Assembly (NCBI GenBank): GCA_965263355.1
Contig: CBDHHL010000032.1
Coordinates: 2,048,001 to 2,112,000 of the forward strand
Length of the DNA: 64,000 bases
Reading direction: 5' to 3'
Source of the DNA: Leptolyngbyaceae cyanobacterium
GTDB taxonomy: Bacteria > Cyanobacteriota > Cyanobacteriia > Phormidesmidales > Phormidesmidaceae
Part shown: positions 28,872-38,310 of the stretch, piece by piece
How the letters are laid out: every line of letters begins with the position of its first letter
Position numbering within the stretch: position 1 is the first letter of the stretch
Program-made: the position numbers and the translations under genes
Notes under the pieces: generated by a model
Database searches by the model: none
Told to the model about the DNA's origin: nothing
The model's input: only the letters and a program-made list of their open reading frames with translations

Positions 28872-30876
28872 ATGTTTTCTGAGGATTTCCAGGTTGCCCT
28901 GCACGACCTTGGTTGATGGATGATCTGCCCCCAAAATCCGCTCGAAAATCTTCAGCGCTTCAAGATAGAGCGGTTCGGCTGCCTCATAACGGCCTTGATT
29001 GTCGTAGAGTAACGCCAAGTTATTGAGGCTTAATGCGACATCGGGATGCTTGTCGCCCAACAGCTCTTTGCTCATCTCAAGCGCTTCAAGATAGAGCGGT
29101 TCGGCTGCCTCATAACGGCCTTGATTGTCGTAACGCCAAGTTATTGAGGCTTGACATCGGGATGCTTGTCGCCCAACAGCTCTTTGCGCATCTCAAGCGG
29201 TTGCCGCCAAGTTATTGAGGCTTAATGCGCTTCAAGATAGAGCGGTTCGGCTGCCTCATAACGGCCTTGATTGGCGTAAGTGCCGCCAAGTTATTGAGGC
29301 TTAATGCGACATCGGGATGCTTGTCGCCCAACAGCTCTTTGCGCATCTCAAGCGCTTCAAGATAGAGCGGTTCGGCTGCCTCGTAGCGCCCTTGAGCATT
29401 TAAATAAAAACCGGCTTGATTACAAATTAATCCCAGCGCTTCAGTTCGCACATTCTCTTGCTCAGCATAGTTCCGCACTTGTAACCAATGAGGCAATAGC
29501 CCAGCACAGTAAACCCAATACTTAAATTCACTTCCAGGATACGCCGCATTTAGCCCCTCAACTCCAAAGGTCACCCAACCAGTCCGCACCGCCTCATCCA
29601 TCTCATCCCGCACCACCGACTGCACCAACCGATGCACCCCATAGCGCTGGTTCTCCCCATCCCACCGCACCAGCGAGTACTGGCTCAATGGTTCCAATAA
29701 TTCCGCCATCGTCACCACCGCCAGGTCATACTCCTCCTGCCCCAGCAGTTCTGCTAGAGTCTTCCCCAAGTGCTTGGCCCCAGCAATCACCATCCAATAG
29801 GGAATATCATCCGGCGCAAAAAAAGCACTTAGTTGCAATAGCTCCGACGAAGCCGGACTTTTTTCTGCCACCGCCTCAACGTTCAGCTTCCAGGTCTTCA
29901 GCACCGACGATGGATACTTGCCCGTCTTGGCCTTAGCCTTTTCTAACTGCGTCAGCCCCAACCGATCATAGAGCTTCAAATAACTCTCAAACCCAATATG
30001 CTGCTGCTTGATATACGCCCCAGCCTGCTCCAACGCCAAAGGTAATCCATCCAATTTTTCATTCAACGCCGCTGCACTGGCTTCCTCTTTCCGCCCCGTC
30101 CGCTGCAATAGTAGTGCTACCGCCTCATCTTCGTGCAACACATCCAACGCAATCGGCTGCTTAATCCCCACCGAGTCAAACACCGCTGCCCGCGATGTCA
30201 GCAATACCGTTCCTTTAGGATTATTCGGCAACCAATCCACTAGCAGTTCTGGCTCATCCGCATTGTCAAACACCAGCAGCCAGCCATCTTGGTTCGTCAA
30301 CCACGCCCGCACCGCCGGAATTTTCTCCTCTTCAGTCCCCTTTGCTTCCGGTAACACCAACTGAGCCGCCAGGTTAGCAAAATCCGTCGCCAGGTTAGTC
30401 CCCGTATCCGCCTTTACCCAAAACACATAGCTATAAAACGTTTCGTCATAGAAATACCGATAGGCATACTCCACTGCCGTCTGGGTTTTACCAATGCCCC
30501 CCAATCCGCTGATCGCCTGCACCTGACTAATCGCCACCGCCTTCATTTGCGTTAGCTGCCGGTGCAATTTTTTCAGGATCTCAGTTCGTCCCGTAAAGTA
30601 AATATTCCGCTGGTAAGGCACCCCAAAACATACCGGTTCCCCTGGCTTTGCTGCCGTCATCCCTTGGTAAATCTCAACCTTGGCATTTTCTCCAATTGAG
30701 CCAATACCAATATTTTTATCTCCTGTAAATTGTTGCTTTACCTGAGTTGTTTCTGGTGTGGCAACATTATTTTTTTGCACAACAGCATCCCGTTTCCCTC
30801 GACCCCACAACCGAGAAACCCACGCCGCAATGCGCTGTATCAACCGCCTGAACCAGCTCCGCCGTCGCCTCACCAC
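28866..30876 (-). pseudogene. NB-ARC + TPR (NLR-like) gene with a disrupted TPR array (ORFs 29212..30876 and 28866..29075)
   Basis: FTGR, GLGGIGKT, WLLVFDNA, GLPLALEQA; 42-aa TPRs GRYEAAEPLYLEALEMRKELLGDKHPDVALSLNNLA. The near-identical 126-nt units at ~28950-29400 carry several small deletions that shift frame. Confidence 0.8.
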
Positions 30877-31302
30877 CTAACCCTGGGTAATGTTGACCGA
30901 CCCACTGGAGCTACCAATCACAATATTCCTATCCCCAACCACCGACTGCGCCACACTTACCGCCTGACCAACAGTCTCAGCATCCTTATCCAACAGCCCC
31001 TGCAATTCCTGTGCCAACTCCGGATTTGCCACCAGCACCTTCTTCAACTGAGACAACCAAATCTCCTGCGCCTCATCATCCTCACCATTTTCCGCCAACG
31101 CTTCCGCCGCCCCCTTCGCCAACGGCTTTTCCGTCACCTTCGGAGCCAGCTTACCCCACGCCTGCTTCGCCGTTTCCCAAGTCCCTTCCCCCAGCTTTTT
31201 ACCCAGCGCTTTACCAGTTTCCTCTGCAACAGGTTTACCCAACTTCAACAAATGAGGCAAAAACGGAGACAAAAACGAAGCCAAAAGAGCCGCCAGTTCC
31301 AT
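30877..31302 (-). CDS. Bell-like helical effector with a C-terminal putative amyloid motif
   Basis: MELAALLASFLSPFLPHLLKLG amphipathic start, helical body, C-terminal QSVVGDRNIVIGSSSGSVNITQG; its stop abuts the NLR start. Confidence 0.72.
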   Translation of the reverse strand: MELAALLASFLSPFLPHLLKLGKPVAEETGKALGKKLGEGTWETAKQAWGKLAPKVTEKPLAKGAAEALAENGEDDEAQEIWLSQLKKVLVANPELAQELQGLLDKDAETVGQAVSVAQSVVGDRNIVIGSSSGSVNITQG

Positions 31303-31389
31303 GGTCACTATTTTCCAAACTACTGCCCACAGTTTAGCCACAAATTCCCAAAATCAGGCCCCATCAATATAAAAATCACCCCAACGGGT

Positions 31390-31720
31390 ACCACAAACCC
31401 CCCTCGTAGGGTGGGTAAACACCCCACCACCCCCCTAATCATCTCGCCGAAGAATTATAACCTTACCCACCGTTCACCCAAATTCGAATATGACCAAATC
31501 CCTATGAGCCAAATCCCCCCTCGTAGGGTGGGTAAACACCCCACCAACCCCTTTACCATCTCGCCAGACTATAACCTTACCCACCGTTCACCCAAATTCG
31601 AATATGACCAAATCCCTATGAGCCCCCCCCCTCGTAGGGTGGGTAAACACCCCACCACCCCCCTGATCATTTCGCCGAAGAACTATAACCTTACCCACCG
31701 TTCACCCAAATTCGAATATG
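31390..31720. repeat. Three tandem ~111-117-bp REP-like units (type A)
   Basis: GTAGGGTGGGTAA...TTACCCACC units with GTAG at 31406, 31523 and 31634. Confidence 0.9.
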
Positions 31721-31763
31721 CTCCAAAATGTTACAAGCCGAGTCTATAACCAGCTTAAAAGCA

Positions 31764-32159
31764 TCAACCAACCAGCCAATCCTCCATATGCAGATGAAGA
31801 ATATTCTCAAAATGACGAATATTATTAGTCACAACAATATCCCCACGAGAACGAGCCACAGCAGCAATCAGCGCATCCACTTCACCAGTCGGTTTACCTA
31901 TACGTCTCAATTCTCCTTGGAGCTTACCAAATTCTTCAGCTGCCAGCTGATCAAACGGAACAACCAACAAAAGGCTTAGTAATTGCTTCAGCACAGCCAG
32001 ATTTTTAGACACTTTCTGAGAGCAATACACCCCTTTGTACAGTTCTGCTAAAACCATGGTGGGAATGTAGCATTCGACTCCCTTTTCCTCAAACTGAGCA
32101 ACAGCATTAGGATGCTCCTGAAGTAACGCAATACAAATATTAGTGTCCAGCAGATACAT
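31764..32159 (-). CDS. vapC: PIN-domain toxin
   Basis: YLLDTNICI, LAELYKG, DALIAAVA, VTNNIRHF. Confidence 0.92.
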   Translation of the reverse strand: MYLLDTNICIALLQEHPNAVAQFEEKGVECYIPTMVLAELYKGVYCSQKVSKNLAVLKQLLSLLLVVPFDQLAAEEFGKLQGELRRIGKPTGEVDALIAAVARSRGDIVVTNNIRHFENILHLHMEDWLVG

Positions 32160-32179
32160 ACAAATAGTAAGACCCCAGC

Positions 32180-32479
32180 CTATTCATCAAAAGCAGCCAA
32201 AGACCTACCTTGATAAGCATGGCGTTCTTTTGCTATCTCACTAAAAATATCCGTAATTTCTGAATCATCTTTCCACCCACCAAGAGCTGCCCGAATCTTA
32301 GAAACTCGCTGATCTTGGCTCAAACCGCTCAACGGATGAGGAGCAATCGTGACATTAGCCCTCACCGCATCAACCAGAACGATAACCTCAACGGTACTAC
32401 CCACAGGCAACTCAGTTGACCGTAACTCAACAATGCCCCCCGGCTGAACAATAGCCGTTTGGCGAATGCCATTGATCAT
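32180..32479 (-). CDS. Putative antitoxin of the VapC
   Basis: Directly upstream of vapC, GAGGAA RBS, beta-rich start VQPGGIVEL...GSTVEVIVLV. Confidence 0.72.
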   Translation of the reverse strand: MINGIRQTAIVQPGGIVELRSTELPVGSTVEVIVLVDAVRANVTIAPHPLSGLSQDQRVSKIRAALGGWKDDSEITDIFSEIAKERHAYQGRSLAAFDE

Positions 32480-32538
32480 AGTGATTCCTCCTGACTAAAG
32501 ATATCAACCGAATCAAACTCTAACTACAATAATTTTAA

Positions 32539-32888
32539 GTACCACAAATCCCCCCTCGTAGGGTGGGTAAACACCCCACCAACCCCTTTACCATCTCGCC
32601 AGACTATAACCTTACCCACCGTTCACCCAAATTCGAATATGACCAAATCCCTATGAGCCAAATCCCCCCTCGTAGGGTGGGTAAACACCCCACCAACCCC
32701 TTTACCATCTCGCCAGACTATAACCTTACCCACCGTTCACCCAAATTCGAATATGACCAAATCCCTATGAGCCAAATCCCCCCTCGTAGGGTGGGTAACT
32801 CCCCCCAAACCATTGTTGGTATTGACCAAAACCCTCATTTACCCACCGTTTCCATAACGGTAAACCAGTTAAACCCTGCGATCGCACC
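32539..32888. repeat. Three tandem REP-like units (A, A, B), 114-bp period
   Basis: GTAG at 32558, 32672 and 32786; the third unit has a different loop and ends in a HIP1 site. Confidence 0.9.
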
Positions 32889-32906
32889 ATTCCCATAAAG
32901 TCCAGT

Positions 32907-33335
32907 TCAGAACCCTGGCGGATGCTCATCCGAGTCATACAGAATCCTACGAAGATTAACCAATCCAACCCGATTCAGCCGAAGCTTTTCAACCGTAGCC
33001 CGCCCAACAGAGGTTAAACCCAATACTGCACTACAATCCTCGTTCCAAGCAAAATGCTTAATCCAGGTCTGCTGACGCGGATGATAAAGCGTCACCATCT
33101 TTTGCGTAACAGGATCTCTTACCTCGACGTAGTTGTACTTGCGGTTATTGCAACCCTGACAAGCAAACGCCAAATTAGATAACTCACTGGAGCCCCCTTT
33201 AGAAATTGGGATGATATGTTCCACAGAAAAAGAATCTGGAGAATAACGCTCCTGAGCGCGACAATACTCACAACATCGCCGGGCTCGCTCAGCAACAGTT
33301 ATACGAGTAGTAGAAGAAATCTTTGGTCTAGCCAT
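32907..33335 (-). CDS. HNH endonuclease
   Basis: CEYC, VEHIIPISKGG, NLAFACQGCN, YHPR...W..HF. Confidence 0.9.
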   Translation of the reverse strand: MARPKISSTTRITVAERARRCCEYCRAQERYSPDSFSVEHIIPISKGGSSELSNLAFACQGCNNRKYNYVEVRDPVTQKMVTLYHPRQQTWIKHFAWNEDCSAVLGLTSVGRATVEKLRLNRVGLVNLRRILYDSDEHPPGF

Positions 33336-33756
33336 AAACCAAAGGCTTTAGATCTAGCTCAACCATCAAACTATCAAGCGTGATTTGCCGTAGGTTTGCC
33401 AAGTCTGCAACTGCTTGCATACGAGCAACATTTGCTATTTCTAGCCGATCAGAAAAGGTAGTCAGCTCTTCTTGCTCATCCAAGGTCAACGTTTCAGCCT
33501 GACGCTTTACTATAAGTGCGTGATACTGCTCATAATCAATATCTGGCAAGCTCTGATTAATAACCTGCAACAGGTCAGCTTCCTCTTTAGAAAGTCGTGT
33601 ACCCGTAGACATTTGGGAAGTTTCAGGTCGCAGAGTCTGATGCAGTAACTGCAAAACATAGGTATCTGGAGCTAACCCTGCTTTTTTTGCTGCTTGCCTG
33701 AGCTGCTGCTCAAGTTCTGGCGTCATCTCAATAGTGAGCGTCATCAAGGACTCCAT
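33328..33756 (-). CDS. Partner of the HNH nuclease, putative antitoxin/regulator
   Basis: Overlaps the HNH start by 8 nt; RHH-like N-terminus LTIEMTPELEQQLRQAAKKAG. Confidence 0.7.
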   Translation of the reverse strand: MESLMTLTIEMTPELEQQLRQAAKKAGLAPDTYVLQLLHQTLRPETSQMSTGTRLSKEEADLLQVINQSLPDIDYEQYHALIVKRQAETLTLDEQEELTTFSDRLEIANVARMQAVADLANLRQITLDSLMVELDLKPLVYG

Positions 33757-33807
33757 GAATAAATTGAAACATCGGTATTATTGTAGATATCCCACATTAC
33801 CAGAGCA

Positions 33808-33910
33808 CGTAGGGTGGGTAACTCCCCCCAAACCATTGTTGGTATTGACCAAAACCCTCATTTATCCACCGTTTCCATAACGGTAAACCAGTTAAACCCT
33901 GCGATCGCAC
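33808..33910. repeat. Single REP-like unit (type B)
   Basis: Near-identical to 32785-32888. Confidence 0.88.
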
Positions 33911-34789
33911 CCCATCCCAAACCAACCAACCAAAAATCCCCAAATAAAAAATTTAATCGCCATCTACGTAAAAAAACGTACCCTCTCACAAACCATTAAA
34001 ACCCCTTCAAATCCTTCATAAACCAATTACAAAACTGTCCAAATATAAGGATAAAGCTTACAAAAATTTGTCTAAAATAAAACCAACGGCACACCGAGCA
34101 ACTTGGCTAAGACAAATTGCTTGAGGGAGTCGCTGCTCCCTGAGATGAACCGAATTTAAAGAAACCGATACGCACAGAAGCACCCAGACTACCTCAGTGT
34201 AATCACCTGTGTTTTTATCAATGCGTAGGTCTCTAATCAGCCTATTGCTAATCAGCAGGATGGATCAATCTAAATCTCGCGGCAGTTGCCAAGACATTTA
34301 GACTAAGCACTCCAGAGATTAGCAAAACGGCACAACAACAATCCGAATCATCTCTCGAACCAGCAGGTCCGGCAGGTCTTATCGCCCTGACATAACCTCC
34401 CTCAGACAATTTAGGCATTTTCTCGACAAGGCTATATCGGTTGAAAGCCCTCCCTTTTTGTGGAACTATCCACACTATCCCCAATCGGCATACTGGGGTT
34501 TCCCAATGCTGGAGGAAAAGGAGTAAACTCCCATGCTTGGAGGTTTGGGCTTCAACAGACGTGGTGCTGCCTGCCTACCATTCACCCACACAAGTCCATG
34601 TCCCCTACCCTACTTTTTGCACTCCCCGTTCTATTCCGCTGTTCCGCCTTCTACTACTGCTTACTCAAAGGCATGGCTCCCACCCTGCCCACCCTATGGC
34701 CTCTTAGGGTGAAGCCACATAGTGTGGTTGTTGGATAGCAAACATATATATGAATACCCTGTTCTACACCAGCCACTATAAAAACAATT

Positions 34790-34824
34790 GCCCTCCTCGC
34801 CCAAAAGCCAGGAGGGCTAACTTT
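34790..34824 (+). terminator. Probable intrinsic terminator
   Basis: GCCCTCCT...AGGAGGGC stem followed by TAACTTTT. Confidence 0.45.
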
Positions 34825-34973
34825 TAGCCCTTAGGCAGAGACATCAATTGAACCATCCTGTAGGGGCACTCCCTTATGGATGCCCTGCGATACCGAGCTA
34901 TATCAGTCAAGATTTTGTAGTCGTTTGCGAGCAGTTGTTCATCCGTAGGATGTTTCGGAACCCATAGAGCTGG

Positions 34974-35778
34974 GTGTCTTCTATCATGCCTCTACTACAA
35001 AACTACAAACGTAAGCAAGTCCAACGGGTTGATCTACCTAAACTGGTTGATCTCCTGGCCGCCTGTGAGGCTGTTGATCATCTAGAAACCAATCGTTCCC
35101 TGGCAGAACTGCAGCGCGGGTTTGACAATCGCCCCCCCAATACCATCAGACATTATTACCTTTGGGAAACCCCCGATGGTCAGACCATTGCCTATGCCAT
35201 CTATGGTATTCGCGAGGTACCCACAGACCCAGATGCCTACCCTAGCGTTAAGGTTCATCCCGACTATCGCGAAGGTAACCTCGAAGCCGAAATTCTCAGC
35301 TGGTGTGAGCAAGAGATTCATAAACTGCGCCCCGATGCTACCCTGTGGGTCAGTGCCCGTCTGGAATTTTCACCCCACCACCCTCGAAAATCGTCGTCAC
35401 CAGGTCCTACGTCCTACGTACCAGGCAGACCTAGACTGGATTGCCATTGCCCCTGACGGCACCTTTGCCGCCTTTTGTGATGCCCACATTTTCCACGAAC
35501 GCAATACCCGCACCGGTCGCAAAGAAGGTTGGATCACCGGCTTAGGCACCCGTCGTGGGTTTCGTCGCCAGGGCCTAGGGCGGGCCATGTTGTTGTTAGG
35601 CCTGCAACAACTCCAACAAGCAGGCATGGAAACCGCCCTACTCGGCGTTGATGCCGAAAATTCTAATCAAGCCCAAACTCTCTATAAATCCGTAGGTTTT
35701 GCCCAAACTCTCTATAAATCCGTAGGTTTTGAAACAGTAGAAACCTCAGTTTCTTATACCAAAAGGGTGTCAACGTAA
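34974..35778 (+). pseudogene. Double-GNAT acetyltransferase pseudogene
   Basis: N-terminal GNAT half (VHPDYREGNLEAEILSW) and C-terminal half (LGTRRGFRRQGLGRAML...LYKSVGF) lie in different frames, joined near 35360; exact 30-bp tandem duplication at 35671-35730. Confidence 0.78.
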
Positions 35779-35906
35779 GCCAGAAAATCTTGGCTAGTTC
35801 GATTTATAAAGATTTTAACCCATTCCTCCATCGATTCTTAATAATTAACGTTCGCTGGCCAGGAACTCCTCTGGTTAGATAGAGGAGTCCTTTCCGTTGG
35901 CCCACC

Positions 35907-36206
35907 ATGACTCCCAACCAAGCAGCCGTTACTCATGCCATCGCCGTTCTCCTATCCACCACCCCAGAAACTCGCCTGGGCCAGTTGCTCAAAGTATGTC
36001 TGGCCGCCAAAGTAGATGGCGACGTCGATGCCAAAGCCCAGGAGCTTTTCCAAGATACTGACAACCTGGCCCACTGGGTCCAAGCAGTCATCGGTGATGA
36101 TGGCCAATACACCCCTGACGAATGGCAAGCCCTGGGGGAAATGGATCTCCTAGAGAATGTTGAAAAATTTGTTGAGGGACTACTGGCCGAAGTCGAAGCA
36201 CTGTAG
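35907..36206 (+). CDS. Hypothetical acidic protein
   Basis: 99-aa ORF with plausible helical composition. Confidence 0.65.
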   Translation: MTPNQAAVTHAIAVLLSTTPETRLGQLLKVCLAAKVDGDVDAKAQELFQDTDNLAHWVQAVIGDDGQYTPDEWQALGEMDLLENVEKFVEGLLAEVEAL

Positions 36207-36275
36207 CCTTAAAGGCATTGGCTTAAGTTGTCATAGTCATAAGGCTAAGCCAACGTTGTGATCCAGGGTGTGTTT

Positions 36276-36686
36276 ATGTCTCTTTTTTCATTTTCGGGTA
36301 AGCGTCCTGACAATCTAGGCGTTAACCAAGGCAAGCTGTTGGCCTGTCCGGGTACGCCCAACTGTGTCAGCAGTCAGGCCGATGCCAGTGACAAGCAGCA
36401 TTTTATTGAGGCGATTACTACGGATAAAGCCCCTAAGGATGCGATCGCATCCCTTAAAGCCATCATTGAAGCCATGGAACGCTCCACCATCAATGAAGTG
36501 ACCGACAACTACCTCTATGCCGAATTTGCCAGTAAGCTGATGGGATTTGTCGATGACATCGAATTCTATGCTGAGCCATCTGGCGTTATCCATGTCCGTT
36601 CAGCTGCTCGTTTGGGTAAATCAGACCTGGGCGTCAATCGTAAACGAGTCGATGCCATTCGAGAAAAATTTCAAGCAAACGGTTAA
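36276..36686 (+). CDS. DUF1499 family protein
   Basis: CPGTPNCVSSQ, GFVDDIEF, IHVRSAARLGKSDLGVNRKR. Confidence 0.9.
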   Translation: MSLFSFSGKRPDNLGVNQGKLLACPGTPNCVSSQADASDKQHFIEAITTDKAPKDAIASLKAIIEAMERSTINEVTDNYLYAEFASKLMGFVDDIEFYAEPSGVIHVRSAARLGKSDLGVNRKRVDAIREKFQANG

Positions 36687-36748
36687 ACCACCATAAAGGA
36701 CAGTCACCTATATGCAAATGTCTGTATCTGTCTGAATACAGATATTTT

Positions 36749-36944
36749 GTCTTAAAACAAGATTATATTTTCTCAAAAATAGACTCACTGTAACCTTTAT
36801 AGTCTCAACTTGAGATTAAGATTGTCTGCTTCTATGCACGCAGATTGCAATCGGCTAGAAAGCGCCCTAAGGAGTGTCTCAACAAAAGATAAAATAGCTT
36901 CACTTTGAGACTCAATAAAAGACAAAATTGTCTTGCCTTAAGAC
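36749..36944. repeat. Array 2 of 15-bp RTCTY-N5-RAGAY palindromes (two modules)
   Basis: 36749 GTCTTaaaacAAGAT, 36770, 36802 GTCTCaacttGAGAT; 36876 GTCTCaacaaAAGAT, 36897, 36909 GACTCaataaAAGAC, 36930 GTCTTgccttAAGAC. Confidence 0.8.
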
Positions 36945-36963
36945 TTTACTTTTACTACGAACT

Positions 36964-37776
36964 ATGCCAAATCAGTGGGATAACCTTTTCAAAAATGAAG
37001 GCATCTGGAAAGGGCACTTTACCAGGCTAACGCCTGACGGGACTGAGGTTAGCGATGTGCCTTCTCGCTTAACCCTGGAGCGCACCAGTGCTGCAAGTGC
37101 CCGATTTCAAGTGACCCGCTATCCCACAGGGCAACCGCCACAAGAAACTAAAACAGAATTTGCCAGCATCAATCGCAGCAGTCTGTTTTGTGAGGATGGT
37201 TCGTTTACCAAAGGGTCCATGCAGTGGAGCCCCATTTCTAAGTTTGGGACAGAATTTGGTTTGACGTTGCCAAATGTCCGGCTCAGGCTAGTTCAGCTGT
37301 TTGAACCGGGCGGGCAGCTTGCCGAACTGGTTTTGATTCGAGAAACCCGTGAAGGTCACACAGGTGCTGTTCGTCCTCAACTTTCTGTAGACCAAATTTT
37401 GGGCACATGGCGGGGGCAAGCGATTACCTACCGTCCAGATTGGTCAGTGTCAAAACCTATTGCCACTGAGTTAACGGTCTCCCAGTCATCCGTTAATACA
37501 ATTCTGCAAACATGGCGTGCAGATGGGGTTAGCGGTCAGTCTCAAGCCAGACTAGAAGGCAACCGTTTGCTGTTTGAGCAAACAGGGTATCAGCTGTTGT
37601 GTTTACCCAATGGTGGTTCATCACTTTGCCCACAAACGATTCAACGCCAAACAGCATTTCGATGTGAAATTGGTTGGTTAATTGAGCCAACCATACGACT
37701 AAGACTGACCCGTGAGTATCAGGCCGATGGTAGCTGGGTGCAGCAAACCTGGATTAAGGAAGAGAAGATGGCCTAG
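36964..37776 (+). CDS. DUF3598 family protein
   Basis: QWDNLFKNEGIWKGHFT, GSFTKGS, LPNGGSSLCP, FRCEIGWL. Confidence 0.85.
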   Translation: MPNQWDNLFKNEGIWKGHFTRLTPDGTEVSDVPSRLTLERTSAASARFQVTRYPTGQPPQETKTEFASINRSSLFCEDGSFTKGSMQWSPISKFGTEFGLTLPNVRLRLVQLFEPGGQLAELVLIRETREGHTGAVRPQLSVDQILGTWRGQAITYRPDWSVSKPIATELTVSQSSVNTILQTWRADGVSGQSQARLEGNRLLFEQTGYQLLCLPNGGSSLCPQTIQRQTAFRCEIGWLIEPTIRLRLTREYQADGSWVQQTWIKEEKMA

Positions 37777-37780
37777 ACGA

Positions 37781-38080
37781 TTAATAATATCGCTGTTCAA
37801 GCCATGTTCGTGCCTCAGTTTCAGATAGCCCGTCCACCTGTTGTTGTGTGACCGGATCATAGATACTATAGAACGTTTGACCTTTACTGTTGCATCGTTT
37901 CTCAACAACAGGTTCAGAAGACCCCGTCGCCAACGTCAAAACAGAATCCCAGAAAGACTTTGACGACAGGCCCTTAGTAACACGCTGCCAACAGTTTTCA
38001 ACCCAAGACGTTTTATCTTCAGGGCAACAACCATCCAGAATAATGACCTGGGGTTCAGATACCCGACGCCGAAATTTCAT
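37781..38080 (-). CDS. Hypothetical cyanobacterial protein
   Basis: C-terminal YDPVTQ...SETEARTWLEQRYY; ATG 38080 preceded by GAGG. Confidence 0.72.
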   Translation of the reverse strand: MKFRRRVSEPQVIILDGCCPEDKTSWVENCWQRVTKGLSSKSFWDSVLTLATGSSEPVVEKRCNSKGQTFYSIYDPVTQQQVDGLSETEARTWLEQRYY

Positions 38081-38098
38081 TGGCCCTACCTCTATATA

Positions 38099-38163
38099 AA
38101 CCTGGTCCACGTCCAGAACCGTAGTTATGCCGTATGGGAAACTCCAAGTTTGGACGTGGTTTA
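38099..38163 (-). repeat. Small dispersed hairpin repeat, copy 1
   Basis: Reverse complement matches 49762-49834 (TAAACCACGTCCAA...GTTTCCCnTACGGCA..ACTAC...TCTGGACGTGGAC.AGGTTTA). Confidence 0.7.
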
Positions 38164-38310
38164 CATGGCTCTATCTTTGCTAAAAAAATATGACCAGAAC
38201 AGAGGCAATTCAGGTAAATTGATATGGGTACAGTTAAGCAGTCTAAAACTGTACTGGTTTGTTTTTGCTCAATTGTACAGGTACCCTTTCTGGATGAGGC
38301 TGGATCAACC

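Noticed and set aside
30730..31749. 339-aa plus-strand ORF (also 31011..31337, 32563..32898, 33814..33999)
   Set aside because: Antisense shadow of real genes plus read-through of repeats whose periods are multiples of 3
31390..33910. CRISPR array serving the orphan Cas6
   Set aside because: Units are ~114 bp and repeated in full with no unique spacers; the stems are REP-like
34248..34738. Short ORFs 34248..34484, 34441..34707 and 34460..34738
   Set aside because: Overlapping, no family motifs; the region is better explained as structured non-coding sequence
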